NCBI GenBank assembly: GCA_964350645.1 | Contig: CAYGJY010000001.1 | Coordinates: 208,621 to 272,620, forward strand | From: an uncultured Candidatus Saccharibacteria bacterium | GTDB lineage: Bacteria; Patescibacteriota; Minisyncoccia; Phycocordibacterales; UBA918 | Reading direction: 5' to 3' | Length of the DNA: 64,000 nucleotides | Shown: piece after piece, positions 19,762 to 28,359 of the stretch | Layout of the letters: each line of letters begins with the position of its first letter | Numbering within the stretch: position 1 is the stretch's first letter | The notes under the pieces: model-generated | The model's database searches: none | Told to the model about the DNA's origin: nothing | What the model saw: the letters and a program-made list of their open reading frames with translations, nothing else | Made by a program: the position numbers and the translations under genes

Positions 19762-21327
19762 GTGTTATTATTAAAGCAACGTATGGTGGATGCCCAGCAT
19801 AGTTCTTCAGGTGGTGGTTCTTCGGTGTCGATGACACGCTCTTTTGATGTGTCGGTCGAAGGCGATCTCTTAAAATTACTTCAGTTTATCCGTCGCGGAC
19901 CAGTGCCACAGATATTGCAAGCTGGTTTTCGTGATGCAGTCTTAGATTATTCTCAAACAAAAGATCCGACTCTGCTTGATGGATTAGTCGCTGAATTGAC
20001 AAAGCACAATGTAATAGTGCAGGCAGCTGGAGTAAATTTAGGACAACCAGTAATGGCAACACCAACACCTGTAACTGCTTCTTCAGCACAACCGATCGTC
20101 GCTAAGCAGCCGGCGATAGGTGCAAAACGCCCCCGACCAGTCTTTGGAGCCACTGCTCGAGTTAGCGATACTCAGGCTCCGTCTGAGTCAGTCAGCAAGC
20201 CGACCGCTGAACCTTCTGTGCCTGCACCGACACATACCGAAGTTAAAAAAGTTTCAGTAACTTCTGTTGAACCAGCTGTTCCCAATTCTGCTGCAGAAGA
20301 ACCTGTTGTTGTAGATGACACATCAGTCGCAGGTCAGACTGAGATTCGTAGTGAAGATGTAACTTTACCAGAAGCTCCCTCTGTTTCTGAAGTGGTGCCC
20401 GAAGTTTCATCCTCACCAGCAAATGCTGCTGATCCATTGACACGCATCAAAGAGATTAAGAAGTTGATTAATGAAAAGGTGGGTAATCCAGTTAATTTGA
20501 TTGATGCTAATAATGAAGTTGGACGCGAGTATATGAACGCTCTCCTGAATGCCATGAAAGTGATCAATGGCGGCACTCCTGATGAAGTAACACTTGCGAT
20601 GGATCGTCTTGAGAAGGCATTTGCAACTGTTGAAGAATCAATTTCTTCTGGTGAGACAGTAATTGGCAGTCTTCCTGCTACAACACCAGGCGTACCTCTT
20701 ACACCAGATGCACCTGCTGCGACAGCACCAGCAGCTGAACCGTCACCGGCTCCAGCAGTACCAGCGCAACCAGCCGATGCACCAATTTCAACTCCAGTCT
20801 CACCAGTATCTGCAACTCCTGCAGTGCCGCCAGTTCCTGTTGCACCACCTACTTCAGTGCCTCGGGCTGCTGCACGACCTACAACAACTCCAACGCAATC
20901 TGTAGCGGCTACATTAGCAGCGGATAATGCTTCAATCACATCACAAGCAGCCGCCAAAGCTGCAGAGCTTGCCAAAGCTGCAGAGTCAACCGCAAACGAT
21001 CCATTGCAGGCTGAGGCCATTACAGATGGGCTCAAGCAGCTTCTGGCTGAGTGGAAACTCTTTAAAGGTTCGGGTATTTTTGGTACTGGTCCAAGCGGAA
21101 TTGAAAGTGAACTGTACAAAACCTTGGCACCGCTCCCAATGGCTGCCGTGATAGCTAACCGTTTCGAAGGAGCAACACCTGAAGTTAAGCAGAGTATTGC
21201 CGACTATATGAACGGTTGGCGTTATGAACAAACGGTTGTTCACGAAATGAATGAAACTTTTGAACACTATCTCCGACGAGTAATTAAAGCCATTCTCGAT
21301 AGAAAAAATCCAACAACTGCGGCATAA
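19762..21327 (+). CDS. hypothetical protein with Pro/Ala/Thr-rich linkers
   Basis: 521-aa ORF; globular blocks separated by low-complexity tracts; start uncertain. Confidence 0.8.
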   Translation: MLLLKQRMVDAQHSSSGGGSSVSMTRSFDVSVEGDLLKLLQFIRRGPVPQILQAGFRDAVLDYSQTKDPTLLDGLVAELTKHNVIVQAAGVNLGQPVMATPTPVTASSAQPIVAKQPAIGAKRPRPVFGATARVSDTQAPSESVSKPTAEPSVPAPTHTEVKKVSVTSVEPAVPNSAAEEPVVVDDTSVAGQTEIRSEDVTLPEAPSVSEVVPEVSSSPANAADPLTRIKEIKKLINEKVGNPVNLIDANNEVGREYMNALLNAMKVINGGTPDEVTLAMDRLEKAFATVEESISSGETVIGSLPATTPGVPLTPDAPAATAPAAEPSPAPAVPAQPADAPISTPVSPVSATPAVPPVPVAPPTSVPRAAARPTTTPTQSVAATLAADNASITSQAAAKAAELAKAAESTANDPLQAEAITDGLKQLLAEWKLFKGSGIFGTGPSGIESELYKTLAPLPMAAVIANRFEGATPEVKQSIADYMNGWRYEQTVVHEMNETFEHYLRRVIKAILDRKNPTTAA

Positions 21328-21334
21328 TAAAGAC

Positions 21335-21952
21335 ATGACGCACGCGCGACTGTATATTGCTTCGACATATCAACTTGTACCAGAACTTGAATCACTCCTA
21401 CACCAGAGCACTGATGTAGAGCATTTTGTAGCAGAAAATTTTACTATTGCTGATGCCAGGATGTTATATAGTCGAGCTACTCTCCGGCCAGTTGAAGATT
21501 CATTACGGCAGTTTATTGTTTCTTTCGGCAGTATCACAAGCGAAGCGCAAAACGCACTATTAAAATTGTTTGAAGAGCCACCAGTAACGTCAGTATTTCA
21601 TATTGTTGTGGCTCGCGAAGATATGCTGTTGTCGACGGTGCGTTCACGATTGCAATTGGTCAGTACTGTCCACAGAGACCACGTGGTGTCTGACGTGTTT
21701 AAGGATTTTCAGCAAAGTACACTCAATGAACGTTTAGCAGCTGTCACTACGCGCACCAAGAATAAAGACCAGGCCTGGGCAGAAGCAATTGTTCTTGGTG
21801 CTGAACAAGTAATCCAGACTGATATCGCTAAGAAGGGTACAGAACTGCTCGAGACGGTTATATATATTCGACGCTATCTTGGTAAGCGGGGGGCCTCAAC
21901 TAAACTGTTATTAGAAGAATTAGCCCTTAGTATGCCGCCTGCGCAAGCCTAA
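21335..21952 (+). CDS. holB: DNA polymerase III delta'-like subunit (truncated)
   Basis: EAQNALLKLFEEPP and TVRSRL sensor motifs. Confidence 0.8.
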   Translation: MTHARLYIASTYQLVPELESLLHQSTDVEHFVAENFTIADARMLYSRATLRPVEDSLRQFIVSFGSITSEAQNALLKLFEEPPVTSVFHIVVAREDMLLSTVRSRLQLVSTVHRDHVVSDVFKDFQQSTLNERLAAVTTRTKNKDQAWAEAIVLGAEQVIQTDIAKKGTELLETVIYIRRYLGKRGASTKLLLEELALSMPPAQA

Positions 21953-21979
21953 AAGGGTGTGGTACAATCACCACACTAA

Positions 21980-22531
21980 ATGCATATACATATGGATGAA
22001 CTAAAAACACGATTACAAGAATCAGTTTCCTGGCTGGGAGAGGCCTACGCAGGGATCAGGACTGGGCAAGCTGCTCCCGGACTGCTTGATGGTGTAAAGG
22101 TAGAAAATTATGGAACCCACATGCCAATCAACCAAGTGGGGAGTGTCGGGATTGAAGATGCCCGGACATTACGCATTTCGACCTGGGATGCTGGAGTCAT
22201 TCCGGCAGTTGAGAAAGCGATTCGCGACGCTGATCTTGGTGTGTCAGTTTCGACTGATTCAGCAGGTTTACGGATCTCATTTCCAGAATTGACTAGTGAA
22301 CGTCGAGGGCAGCTCTTAAAGCTCGCAAAGCAAAAACTAGAAGATGCTCGTGTCTCTGTTCGTAGTGCCCGAGACGAAATTATGAAAGATATCGATAAAG
22401 CAGAGAAAAGCGGCGACATTAGCGAAGATGAAAAATTTACGCAAAAAGAACAAGTACAGAAACTTGTTGATGACACTAATAAACAGCTGGAAGCAATTTT
22501 CACTAAAAAAGAGCAAGAACTTGCTGCTTAG
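21980..22531 (+). CDS. frr: ribosome recycling factor
   Basis: IRTGQA, ENYG, PELTSERR, ARVSVRSARDE. Confidence 0.96.
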   Translation: MHIHMDELKTRLQESVSWLGEAYAGIRTGQAAPGLLDGVKVENYGTHMPINQVGSVGIEDARTLRISTWDAGVIPAVEKAIRDADLGVSVSTDSAGLRISFPELTSERRGQLLKLAKQKLEDARVSVRSARDEIMKDIDKAEKSGDISEDEKFTQKEQVQKLVDDTNKQLEAIFTKKEQELAA

Positions 22532-22534
22532 CTT

Positions 22535-23632
22535 ATGACAGTTCTATTATTTCTTGGAGTTTTATTTGTCCTGATTTTGGTGCACGAATGGGGTCACTTT
22601 ATAGTCGCAAAGAAAAACGGTATCCGGGTTGATGAGTTTGGGATCGGTTTTCCACCAAAACTCTTTGGCATCAAAAAAGGTGAGACAGAGTATACCTTTA
22701 ACTTGTTACCCATTGGTGGCTTTGTAAAAATCTACGGTGAAAATGCCCAAGATGCCGCAGAAGATGCTGAGGGTGGGGAAGATATTTCTCGCTCATTTGT
22801 TGCCAAGTCAAAGTGGGCTCAAGCGGCGGTCTTGATTGCGGGTGTCACAATGAATATTTTGTTTGCCTGGTTTTTATTTATTCTAGTGTTTGCTATTGGT
22901 GTGCCAACCGCCGTTGATGAAGACGCTGCAGGGCCTGATGCTCGGTTGATTGTGTCAAACGTGTTGGCTGAAGGACCGGCAGCTGTAGCTGGTCTGCCTG
23001 CTGGAGCTGAGATTGTTTCGCTCACGAGTGGAGACGATAGCGATACTGATCTTACACCGTCATCCTTTAGTGACTTTACGACCAAACACGGAGAGCTCAC
23101 AATTGACTATAAGCTTGGAAATACTGTTGAAACTTTAGTACTTACTCCCGGTACTGGTGTACTTGAGTCTGATCCAGAGCGACCGGCGGTTGGAGTTGCT
23201 CTGGCACTTGTAGAAACCGTGCAGACACCGATTCATCTGGCAGTATACAAAGGACTGGTAACGACGCTTTCTGGTTTGAAAGACATTACGATTGGTCTTT
23301 CTTCATTGCTCTATGACACGGTGCGCGGTCAAGCAGATTTTTCCCAAGTCGCCGGGCCGGTCGGAATTGTTGGATTAGTGGGGGATGCGGCTGAATTTGG
23401 CTTTACCTCGCTCCTCATGTTTACTGCCTTTATCTCCCTCAACTTGGCAGTAATTAATATGCTTCCGTTCCCAGCCCTCGACGGTGGGCGGCTCGTGTTT
23501 GTAGCCGTCGAGAGCATTACTCGCCGCCCCATCAATCCAATCTGGGTTGCGCGTTTGAATCTTGTCGGGTTTGTGTTGTTAATTACTCTAATGTTGCTTG
23601 TCACCTACAACGACATCCTCAGAATCCTTTAA
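22535..23632 (+). CDS. rseP: RIP metalloprotease (M50) with PDZ domain
   Basis: HEWGH, GIGF, PIGGFV, NMLPFPALDGG. Confidence 0.95.
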   Translation: MTVLLFLGVLFVLILVHEWGHFIVAKKNGIRVDEFGIGFPPKLFGIKKGETEYTFNLLPIGGFVKIYGENAQDAAEDAEGGEDISRSFVAKSKWAQAAVLIAGVTMNILFAWFLFILVFAIGVPTAVDEDAAGPDARLIVSNVLAEGPAAVAGLPAGAEIVSLTSGDDSDTDLTPSSFSDFTTKHGELTIDYKLGNTVETLVLTPGTGVLESDPERPAVGVALALVETVQTPIHLAVYKGLVTTLSGLKDITIGLSSLLYDTVRGQADFSQVAGPVGIVGLVGDAAEFGFTSLLMFTAFISLNLAVINMLPFPALDGGRLVFVAVESITRRPINPIWVARLNLVGFVLLITLMLLVTYNDILRIL

Positions 23633-23722
23633 AATAAAAAAGAAAACAGCCTCCACCACAGATTAGGTATATGGAACTTCGGCACAAGCCGTTTCCTTTC
23701 CTTATCTAAGTGAAAGCTGTTG

Positions 23723-23749
23723 CCCAGACGGAAGGTTTTTCCGTCTGGG
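23723..23749. terminator. terminator hairpin between rseP and the convergent island gene
   Basis: CCCAGACGGAA-N-TTCCGTCTGGG. Confidence 0.7.
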
Positions 23750-23770
23750 GTATTTTTGTGGTTGGGATGA

Positions 23771-25846
23771 TCAGTCCCAGACCAGATTGGGCAGGTAGGA
23801 CCGGAACTCGTCGATCCACTCAAGCACCGACTCTGGCAGCCAACCCAGGTATACCAGGCCAGCCACCAAAACGACGATGCAGAGCGGGGCAACGAGCCAG
23901 GTCCAGCGCCGGTGCGTGACCAGGTTGCCTGTCTCGTCCCTCTTGTTGAGGGGGACGAGACAGGCGAACGCCAGAGCCAGGAACGCCGGGGAAAGATCGA
24001 GGACGATCTGCACCACGGCAATCATCGGCATCTCCTGCCAGTGCTTCAGGAGCGCGAAGAACGGATCCAGCGGGAAGAACTCGGGAACGATCCCTTGTTC
24101 CAGCGCCCGAAACTCGTCTCCACCACCCATGCGTTCGACTAAGGTCTCTCGCTGTTCTTTGGCACGGCTTTCGACACCTTCGATGATCCCCTGAAGCGAC
24201 GCCTGAAGCGACGCCACCTGAGCTCGAATCTGACCCCTCCTACCGGACTGACAGGATTGCCAGCCGGTGAAGAAGGCGTCGTCTTTGACCCCCTCTAGCT
24301 GTTGGTCCAGAATCCGTAGGACCGCCAGCGGTGAGTTGGCTTCGAGGGTGACGATCCGTTCGCGGAGTTGCTTGAACTCCACGCCGATCTGGCCCATATC
24401 GTCGATGAAGAGCACGCCGTCCGTCGGATTGGTGATCCGGTCACGAACCCGTTTGAGGTCCGCAATCAGGGACGGGTCCGAGAGGTTCTGGTTGCCCTCG
24501 ATGGTGGCGATGATCCGCAAGAGGTCACGCCTTTTCCCGCTGTAGAAGCGAGAGAGGTCGCCTTCACCCCGGCCGCAGACACTGCCTTGGCTGATCTCGA
24601 CGTTATAGAAGTCCTCAAAACCTCCAGCCAGGAAGCGCAGCTGATCAAGCGACGCCAGTTCTGCTTCACGCTGGGAGGCTGCCAGTTGGGCGGCCACGTC
24701 GAGCAGGTTGGTGTAGCGACGATGATCGATCTGCATCGCTTTTTCACCGCCGACACCGACTATGCCCAAGCCAGTCGAGAGGCCTATGGTGATGGGCACG
24801 ACGATGGCGAATCCGACTATGACCGCCCAGATACGCCAGAACACAGTGGTGGTGGTGATCATCAGCCGATATCCGGGGAGCCATAATCCCCAAATGATCA
24901 GCGACGCAGCCCCTGAGCAGAGAGATGAGATCGCCCATCGGTAGAACCACGAACGGTTGTCGTCCATGACCAGCCATTCAAAGCCGATCGCGGTGGTGAT
25001 CGTCGAGACGGTCATCGCCACCGCCGTGATCCAAATGAAGGTCGAAGCGAGGTCGGCTCCGGGGAGCGTGGACAGATATTCAGCCCTTGCAATCCGCCGG
25101 TCCAGAGTCCTGGCGTGGACGGCGGCTTTTTCATTTGACCGCCGTTCCCACCATTCCGCCACGCTCCGGCTGAACGCAGTCACCAGTCGCCCGCAGGCGA
25201 TCGCACTCAGGTAGATCAGATACACGATCACGCTGAGAACGATCGTCAGGAAGAGGGCGGCTAGCGCTTTGATCCACAGGTCATCAGGCAGCTGAAGCGC
25301 CGCCTTCAGACCGGTGAAGTCTTCGCCGAAGATGGTGAGGTAGGCCGTTAGGCCTCCGGTGATGACGCAGATCGTCCGCGCCCAACCGAAGCGATTGCTC
25401 GCCAGGTAGACGGCGACGGCGAAGATGATGAGACCGACCGTCCCCACCGTGAAGTGGAGCCAGTGCTGACCCGCTCCGGGCCAATTCCAGAACCACAGCG
25501 AGGCTGGGTCCTGGTGATCGAGCATCGCGCCCTGTAACGCCACTCCGCAGAGCAGCCAGACCAGGAGCGGCCCGACGACGATCCCGACATTCCGCCAGCC
25601 GAATCGGCCAGCGAAGGTCGCGAGCGCCAGGTAGGCCACTGCGAGGGCGGCAGAACCGCCCAGGAAGTAGAGCCAGTGTTCCCCGGCGCCCTCCCAGTTA
25701 AAGGGCCAGAACGACCCGTTGGTGGAATTGGTCCAGGCTCTTTGGATCATCAGGCCTGTGAAGGCCCATGCGGCAAAGATGCCGATGCCCGTCAGGGCGT
25801 GGGCGAGTGTATTGCGGCCGAAGCCGCCGTTTTGGTTCATGGACAT
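23771..25846 (-). CDS. GC-rich multi-pass membrane protein with an internal repeat and a coiled-coil domain (tentatively DUF4407-like)
   Basis: 691 aa; duplicated NWxGAGxHWLxF...RFGW unit; SD-like AAGGGA upstream. Confidence 0.8.
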   Translation of the reverse strand: MSMNQNGGFGRNTLAHALTGIGIFAAWAFTGLMIQRAWTNSTNGSFWPFNWEGAGEHWLYFLGGSAALAVAYLALATFAGRFGWRNVGIVVGPLLVWLLCGVALQGAMLDHQDPASLWFWNWPGAGQHWLHFTVGTVGLIIFAVAVYLASNRFGWARTICVITGGLTAYLTIFGEDFTGLKAALQLPDDLWIKALAALFLTIVLSVIVYLIYLSAIACGRLVTAFSRSVAEWWERRSNEKAAVHARTLDRRIARAEYLSTLPGADLASTFIWITAVAMTVSTITTAIGFEWLVMDDNRSWFYRWAISSLCSGAASLIIWGLWLPGYRLMITTTTVFWRIWAVIVGFAIVVPITIGLSTGLGIVGVGGEKAMQIDHRRYTNLLDVAAQLAASQREAELASLDQLRFLAGGFEDFYNVEISQGSVCGRGEGDLSRFYSGKRRDLLRIIATIEGNQNLSDPSLIADLKRVRDRITNPTDGVLFIDDMGQIGVEFKQLRERIVTLEANSPLAVLRILDQQLEGVKDDAFFTGWQSCQSGRRGQIRAQVASLQASLQGIIEGVESRAKEQRETLVERMGGGDEFRALEQGIVPEFFPLDPFFALLKHWQEMPMIAVVQIVLDLSPAFLALAFACLVPLNKRDETGNLVTHRRWTWLVAPLCIVVLVAGLVYLGWLPESVLEWIDEFRSYLPNLVWD

Positions 25847-25874
25847 TATGTCCCTTTCTTTTACTGGGTTTAAT

Positions 25875-26117
25875 TTACTGGTTACGTCTGGTCGCGTTCA
25901 CCACGAAATTAGCGCGATTGCGGCCATTGATCTCCTTGATGTCACTCAGGAAAACCCGAGAACCCACTTTGGGCAGGTTGTTTGCAGTGCCTTTCCAGGC
26001 TGTAAGAGAGAAAGTGACTCCACTCCCATAGCCAACGGCACTGGTGACGAAATACATCTGCGGAGTTCCCGCCTGACATATTTTTGTCACCGTTGCGAGC
26101 ACCTGGTCAGTGCTCAT
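25875..26117 (-). CDS. small hypothetical protein, possibly OB-fold
   Basis: GGAGGA SD at 26124-26129 before ATG 26117; beta-rich 80 aa. Confidence 0.65.
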   Translation of the reverse strand: MSTDQVLATVTKICQAGTPQMYFVTSAVGYGSGVTFSLTAWKGTANNLPKVGSRVFLSDIKEINGRNRANFVVNATRRNQ

Positions 26118-26140
26118 AGTTGATCCTCCGCTGTTATTTG

Positions 26141-26191
26141 TTGACAAAGAGCATACTTTAAAATTATAACACAATTAATATAAAAAATCAA
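26141..26191 (-). promoter_or_regulatory. -35/-10 promoter plus boxA-like leader element
   Basis: TTGATT-17-TATAAT (26191..26163) then TGCTCTTTGTCAA (26153..26141). Confidence 0.65.
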
Positions 26192-26290
26192 GTATATAGT
26201 CTACTTTTAGCGCTTGCAATCTGTTCATTTTGCCAAAGGATAGTTTGGCGGACTGCGTCAGTATTTAGATACATATTTATATAGGGGCAG

Positions 26291-26357
26291 AAAAGAAGAA
26301 AGGCCTCGGCGTGGAGGAGGACAGGTCGAAACCTTTCCTCCCCACGGCTCGAGGCCG
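26291..26357 (-). terminator. long imperfect GC-rich hairpin with pyrimidine tail
   Basis: minus strand GGCCTCG..CGTGGGGAGGA.AGGT-TTCG-ACCT.TCCTCCTCCACG.CGAGGCC-TTTCTTCTTTT. Confidence 0.65.
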
Positions 26358-26362
26358 AGGAC

Positions 26363-26770
26363 TCACCGCTTCATGGGCGGCGGCGAGGTTGTTCTCCACA
26401 ATGCCGCGACCATGACGGTCATCACCATGAAGAACGTGGATAACACCCCCCTGAACATTCCGCGCATCTCTGGCGGGACACCATCGAGCGGCGTCAGGAG
26501 GATCGCCAGAGTGGCGAGCGCGCAGAAGATCGTCCCCACGCCCCACGATCTCCCCTCATACCGGATCGGATTCTCGCAGAAAGCCCAGACCGGCCTGATG
26601 AAGATCAGGTACGTGATGTGGGCGATCCCGTAGATCGTCAGCGCGAGGTGACGGAACACCTCGCTGAAGTGGTAGGAGGTATTCTTGGCGGTGTCGATGA
26701 TCTTGTTCATTTTCAAAACCGATACGTTTTCACGCCCGGCTCCCTGATTTTGCGCGGCCCCAGTGGCCAC
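26363..26770 (-). CDS. GC-rich small membrane protein (3 TM), hypothetical
   Basis: hydrophobic ORF; own promoter TTGCTT-17-TATAGT (26811..26783); alternative start ATG 26710. Confidence 0.7.
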   Translation of the reverse strand: MATGAAQNQGAGRENVSVLKMNKIIDTAKNTSYHFSEVFRHLALTIYGIAHITYLIFIRPVWAFCENPIRYEGRSWGVGTIFCALATLAILLTPLDGVPPEMRGMFRGVLSTFFMVMTVMVAALWRTTSPPPMKR

Positions 26771-26879
26771 GCTCTACTTATCACTATAACACAAAATTAC
26801 TAAAAAAGCAAGTTTTGGCCTTGAATTATGGGCTGATTTTGTTTGCTAAAACAGCCAAATTCGTTAGAATAGCAGGACT

Positions 26880-26924
26880 ATGAAGTCTTTCTACGCAACC
26901 TTGTTTCCCGTGTGGTATAGCTAA
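26880..26924 (+). CDS. candidate 14-aa leader peptide MKSFYATLFPVWYS upstream of proS
   Basis: ATG 9 nt after TAGAAT (26865-26870); stop 40 nt before proS. Confidence 0.35.
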   Translation: MKSFYATLFPVWYS

Positions 26925-26964
26925 TTTTCTCTCCCTTTTTATTAAAAAATCATTATTTTGAACT

Positions 26965-28218
26965 ATGCGACAATCACATTTATTTACCAAAACCCTCAAA
27001 GAAGCGCCGTCTGGCGAAGAAGCGAAGAATGCTCAGTTATTGATTCGAGCTGGCTATGTTCATAAAGAAATGGCCGGCGTCTATGCTTGGTTACCGCTAG
27101 GTCTGCGGGTACAAGAAAAGATTAAACAAATCGTCCGAGAAGAAATGAACGCCATTGGCTGTCAGGAACTCATCATGACCTCGCTGCAATCAAAAGAGCT
27201 CTGGGAGTCGACTGGTCGCTGGGATGACAGCGTAGTTGATATTTGGTTTAAGTCTGAACTGAAGGCTGGTGGGGAGGTTGCTCTGGCGTGGAGTCATGAA
27301 GAGCCGATCGGCAACATGATGAAACGGTACATCCAGAGTTATAAGGATTTACCGATCTACGTCTATCAATTTCAAAATAAACTCCGCAACGAAGTGCGCG
27401 CCAAGAGTGGCGTCATGCGTGGTCGGGAGTTTATTATGAAAGATGCGTATAGTTTTTGTATCGGCGAAGAAGATCATACCGCTATTTATGAAGCCATGAA
27501 AGTGGCGTACATGAAAGTATTCGAACGTTGTGGTATTGGCGATGACACATTCATTACCTTTGCGTCAGGGGGAGCGTTTACGAAGTTTTCTCATGAGTTT
27601 CAGACTATCTGTGAAGCGGGTGAGGATGTGAGCTTTATCAATCGAGACAAACATGTGGCCGTCAATGAGGAAGTGATGGGTGAAGAGGCCTTAGCTGAAC
27701 TGGGTGTAACAAAAGACGAACTAGAAGAAGTAAAAACTGCTGAGGTTGGGAATATCTTTAACTTCGGTCGACAGAAAGCCGAAGACCTTGGTTTGACTTT
27801 CAAAAATGAAGCTGGTGAAGACACCGCTGTTTGGATGGGTTCATACGGTATCGGGATCACTCGATTGCCAGGTGTGTTGGTGGAGAAGTTTGCTGACGAC
27901 AAAGGCATTGTCTGGCCGGAAGCGGTGGCGCCGTTTAAGGTGCACCTGGTGGCGCTTAATCTTGATGATGCAGTAATCAAAGATTATGCCGATGGCATCT
28001 ATAGCGCTATGAATAGCCGTGGAATCGAAGTTCTCTATGATGACCGGATTGAAGCTCGTCCGGGAGAAAAGTTCGCTGACTCAGATTTGATAGGCATGCC
28101 GTACCGCGTTGTAGTAAGTAAGAAGACTAAAGAGGAAGGGAAGTTTGAAGTGGTAGTACGAGCTACTGGAGAAGTGAAGTATTTGACAGAGGAGGAACTG
28201 TACGCAGATTTTGCTTAG
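26965..28218 (+). CDS. proS: proline--tRNA ligase, short form without editing insert
   Basis: MRQS, LIRAGY, RGREFIMKDAYSF, MGSYGIG, GEKFADSDLIG. Confidence 0.96.
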   Translation: MRQSHLFTKTLKEAPSGEEAKNAQLLIRAGYVHKEMAGVYAWLPLGLRVQEKIKQIVREEMNAIGCQELIMTSLQSKELWESTGRWDDSVVDIWFKSELKAGGEVALAWSHEEPIGNMMKRYIQSYKDLPIYVYQFQNKLRNEVRAKSGVMRGREFIMKDAYSFCIGEEDHTAIYEAMKVAYMKVFERCGIGDDTFITFASGGAFTKFSHEFQTICEAGEDVSFINRDKHVAVNEEVMGEEALAELGVTKDELEEVKTAEVGNIFNFGRQKAEDLGLTFKNEAGEDTAVWMGSYGIGITRLPGVLVEKFADDKGIVWPEAVAPFKVHLVALNLDDAVIKDYADGIYSAMNSRGIEVLYDDRIEARPGEKFADSDLIGMPYRVVVSKKTKEEGKFEVVVRATGEVKYLTEEELYADFA

Positions 28219-28292
28219 TACAGTATGCACTTACTCACTTCGAGATAAACTAGAGATAAGTAAGTCGTGTTTGTGTAGAGGGGGGGGTTATA

Positions 28293-28333
28293 GAACAGCC
28301 GCCAAAATTCCGAAAGAATTTTGGCGGCTGTTT
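28293..28333 (+). terminator. terminator hairpin
   Basis: AACAGCCGCCAAAATTC-CGAAA-GAATTTTGGCGGCTGTT. Confidence 0.8.
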
Positions 28334-28359
28334 CCATTTGTAGTATGATACGAGGCACT

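Noticed and set aside
20334-21119. 261-aa Gly/Ala-rich antisense ORF
   Set aside because: Shadow of the Pro/Ala/Thr-rich sense gene 19762..21327
23629-26031. Many overlapping alternative ORFs in the GC-rich island
   Set aside because: Expected from stop-codon scarcity at high GC; the 691-aa minus-strand frame explains the region
28280-28287. G8 tract as a phase-variation switch
   Set aside because: It lies between the proS stop and its terminator, outside any coding region or promoter spacer
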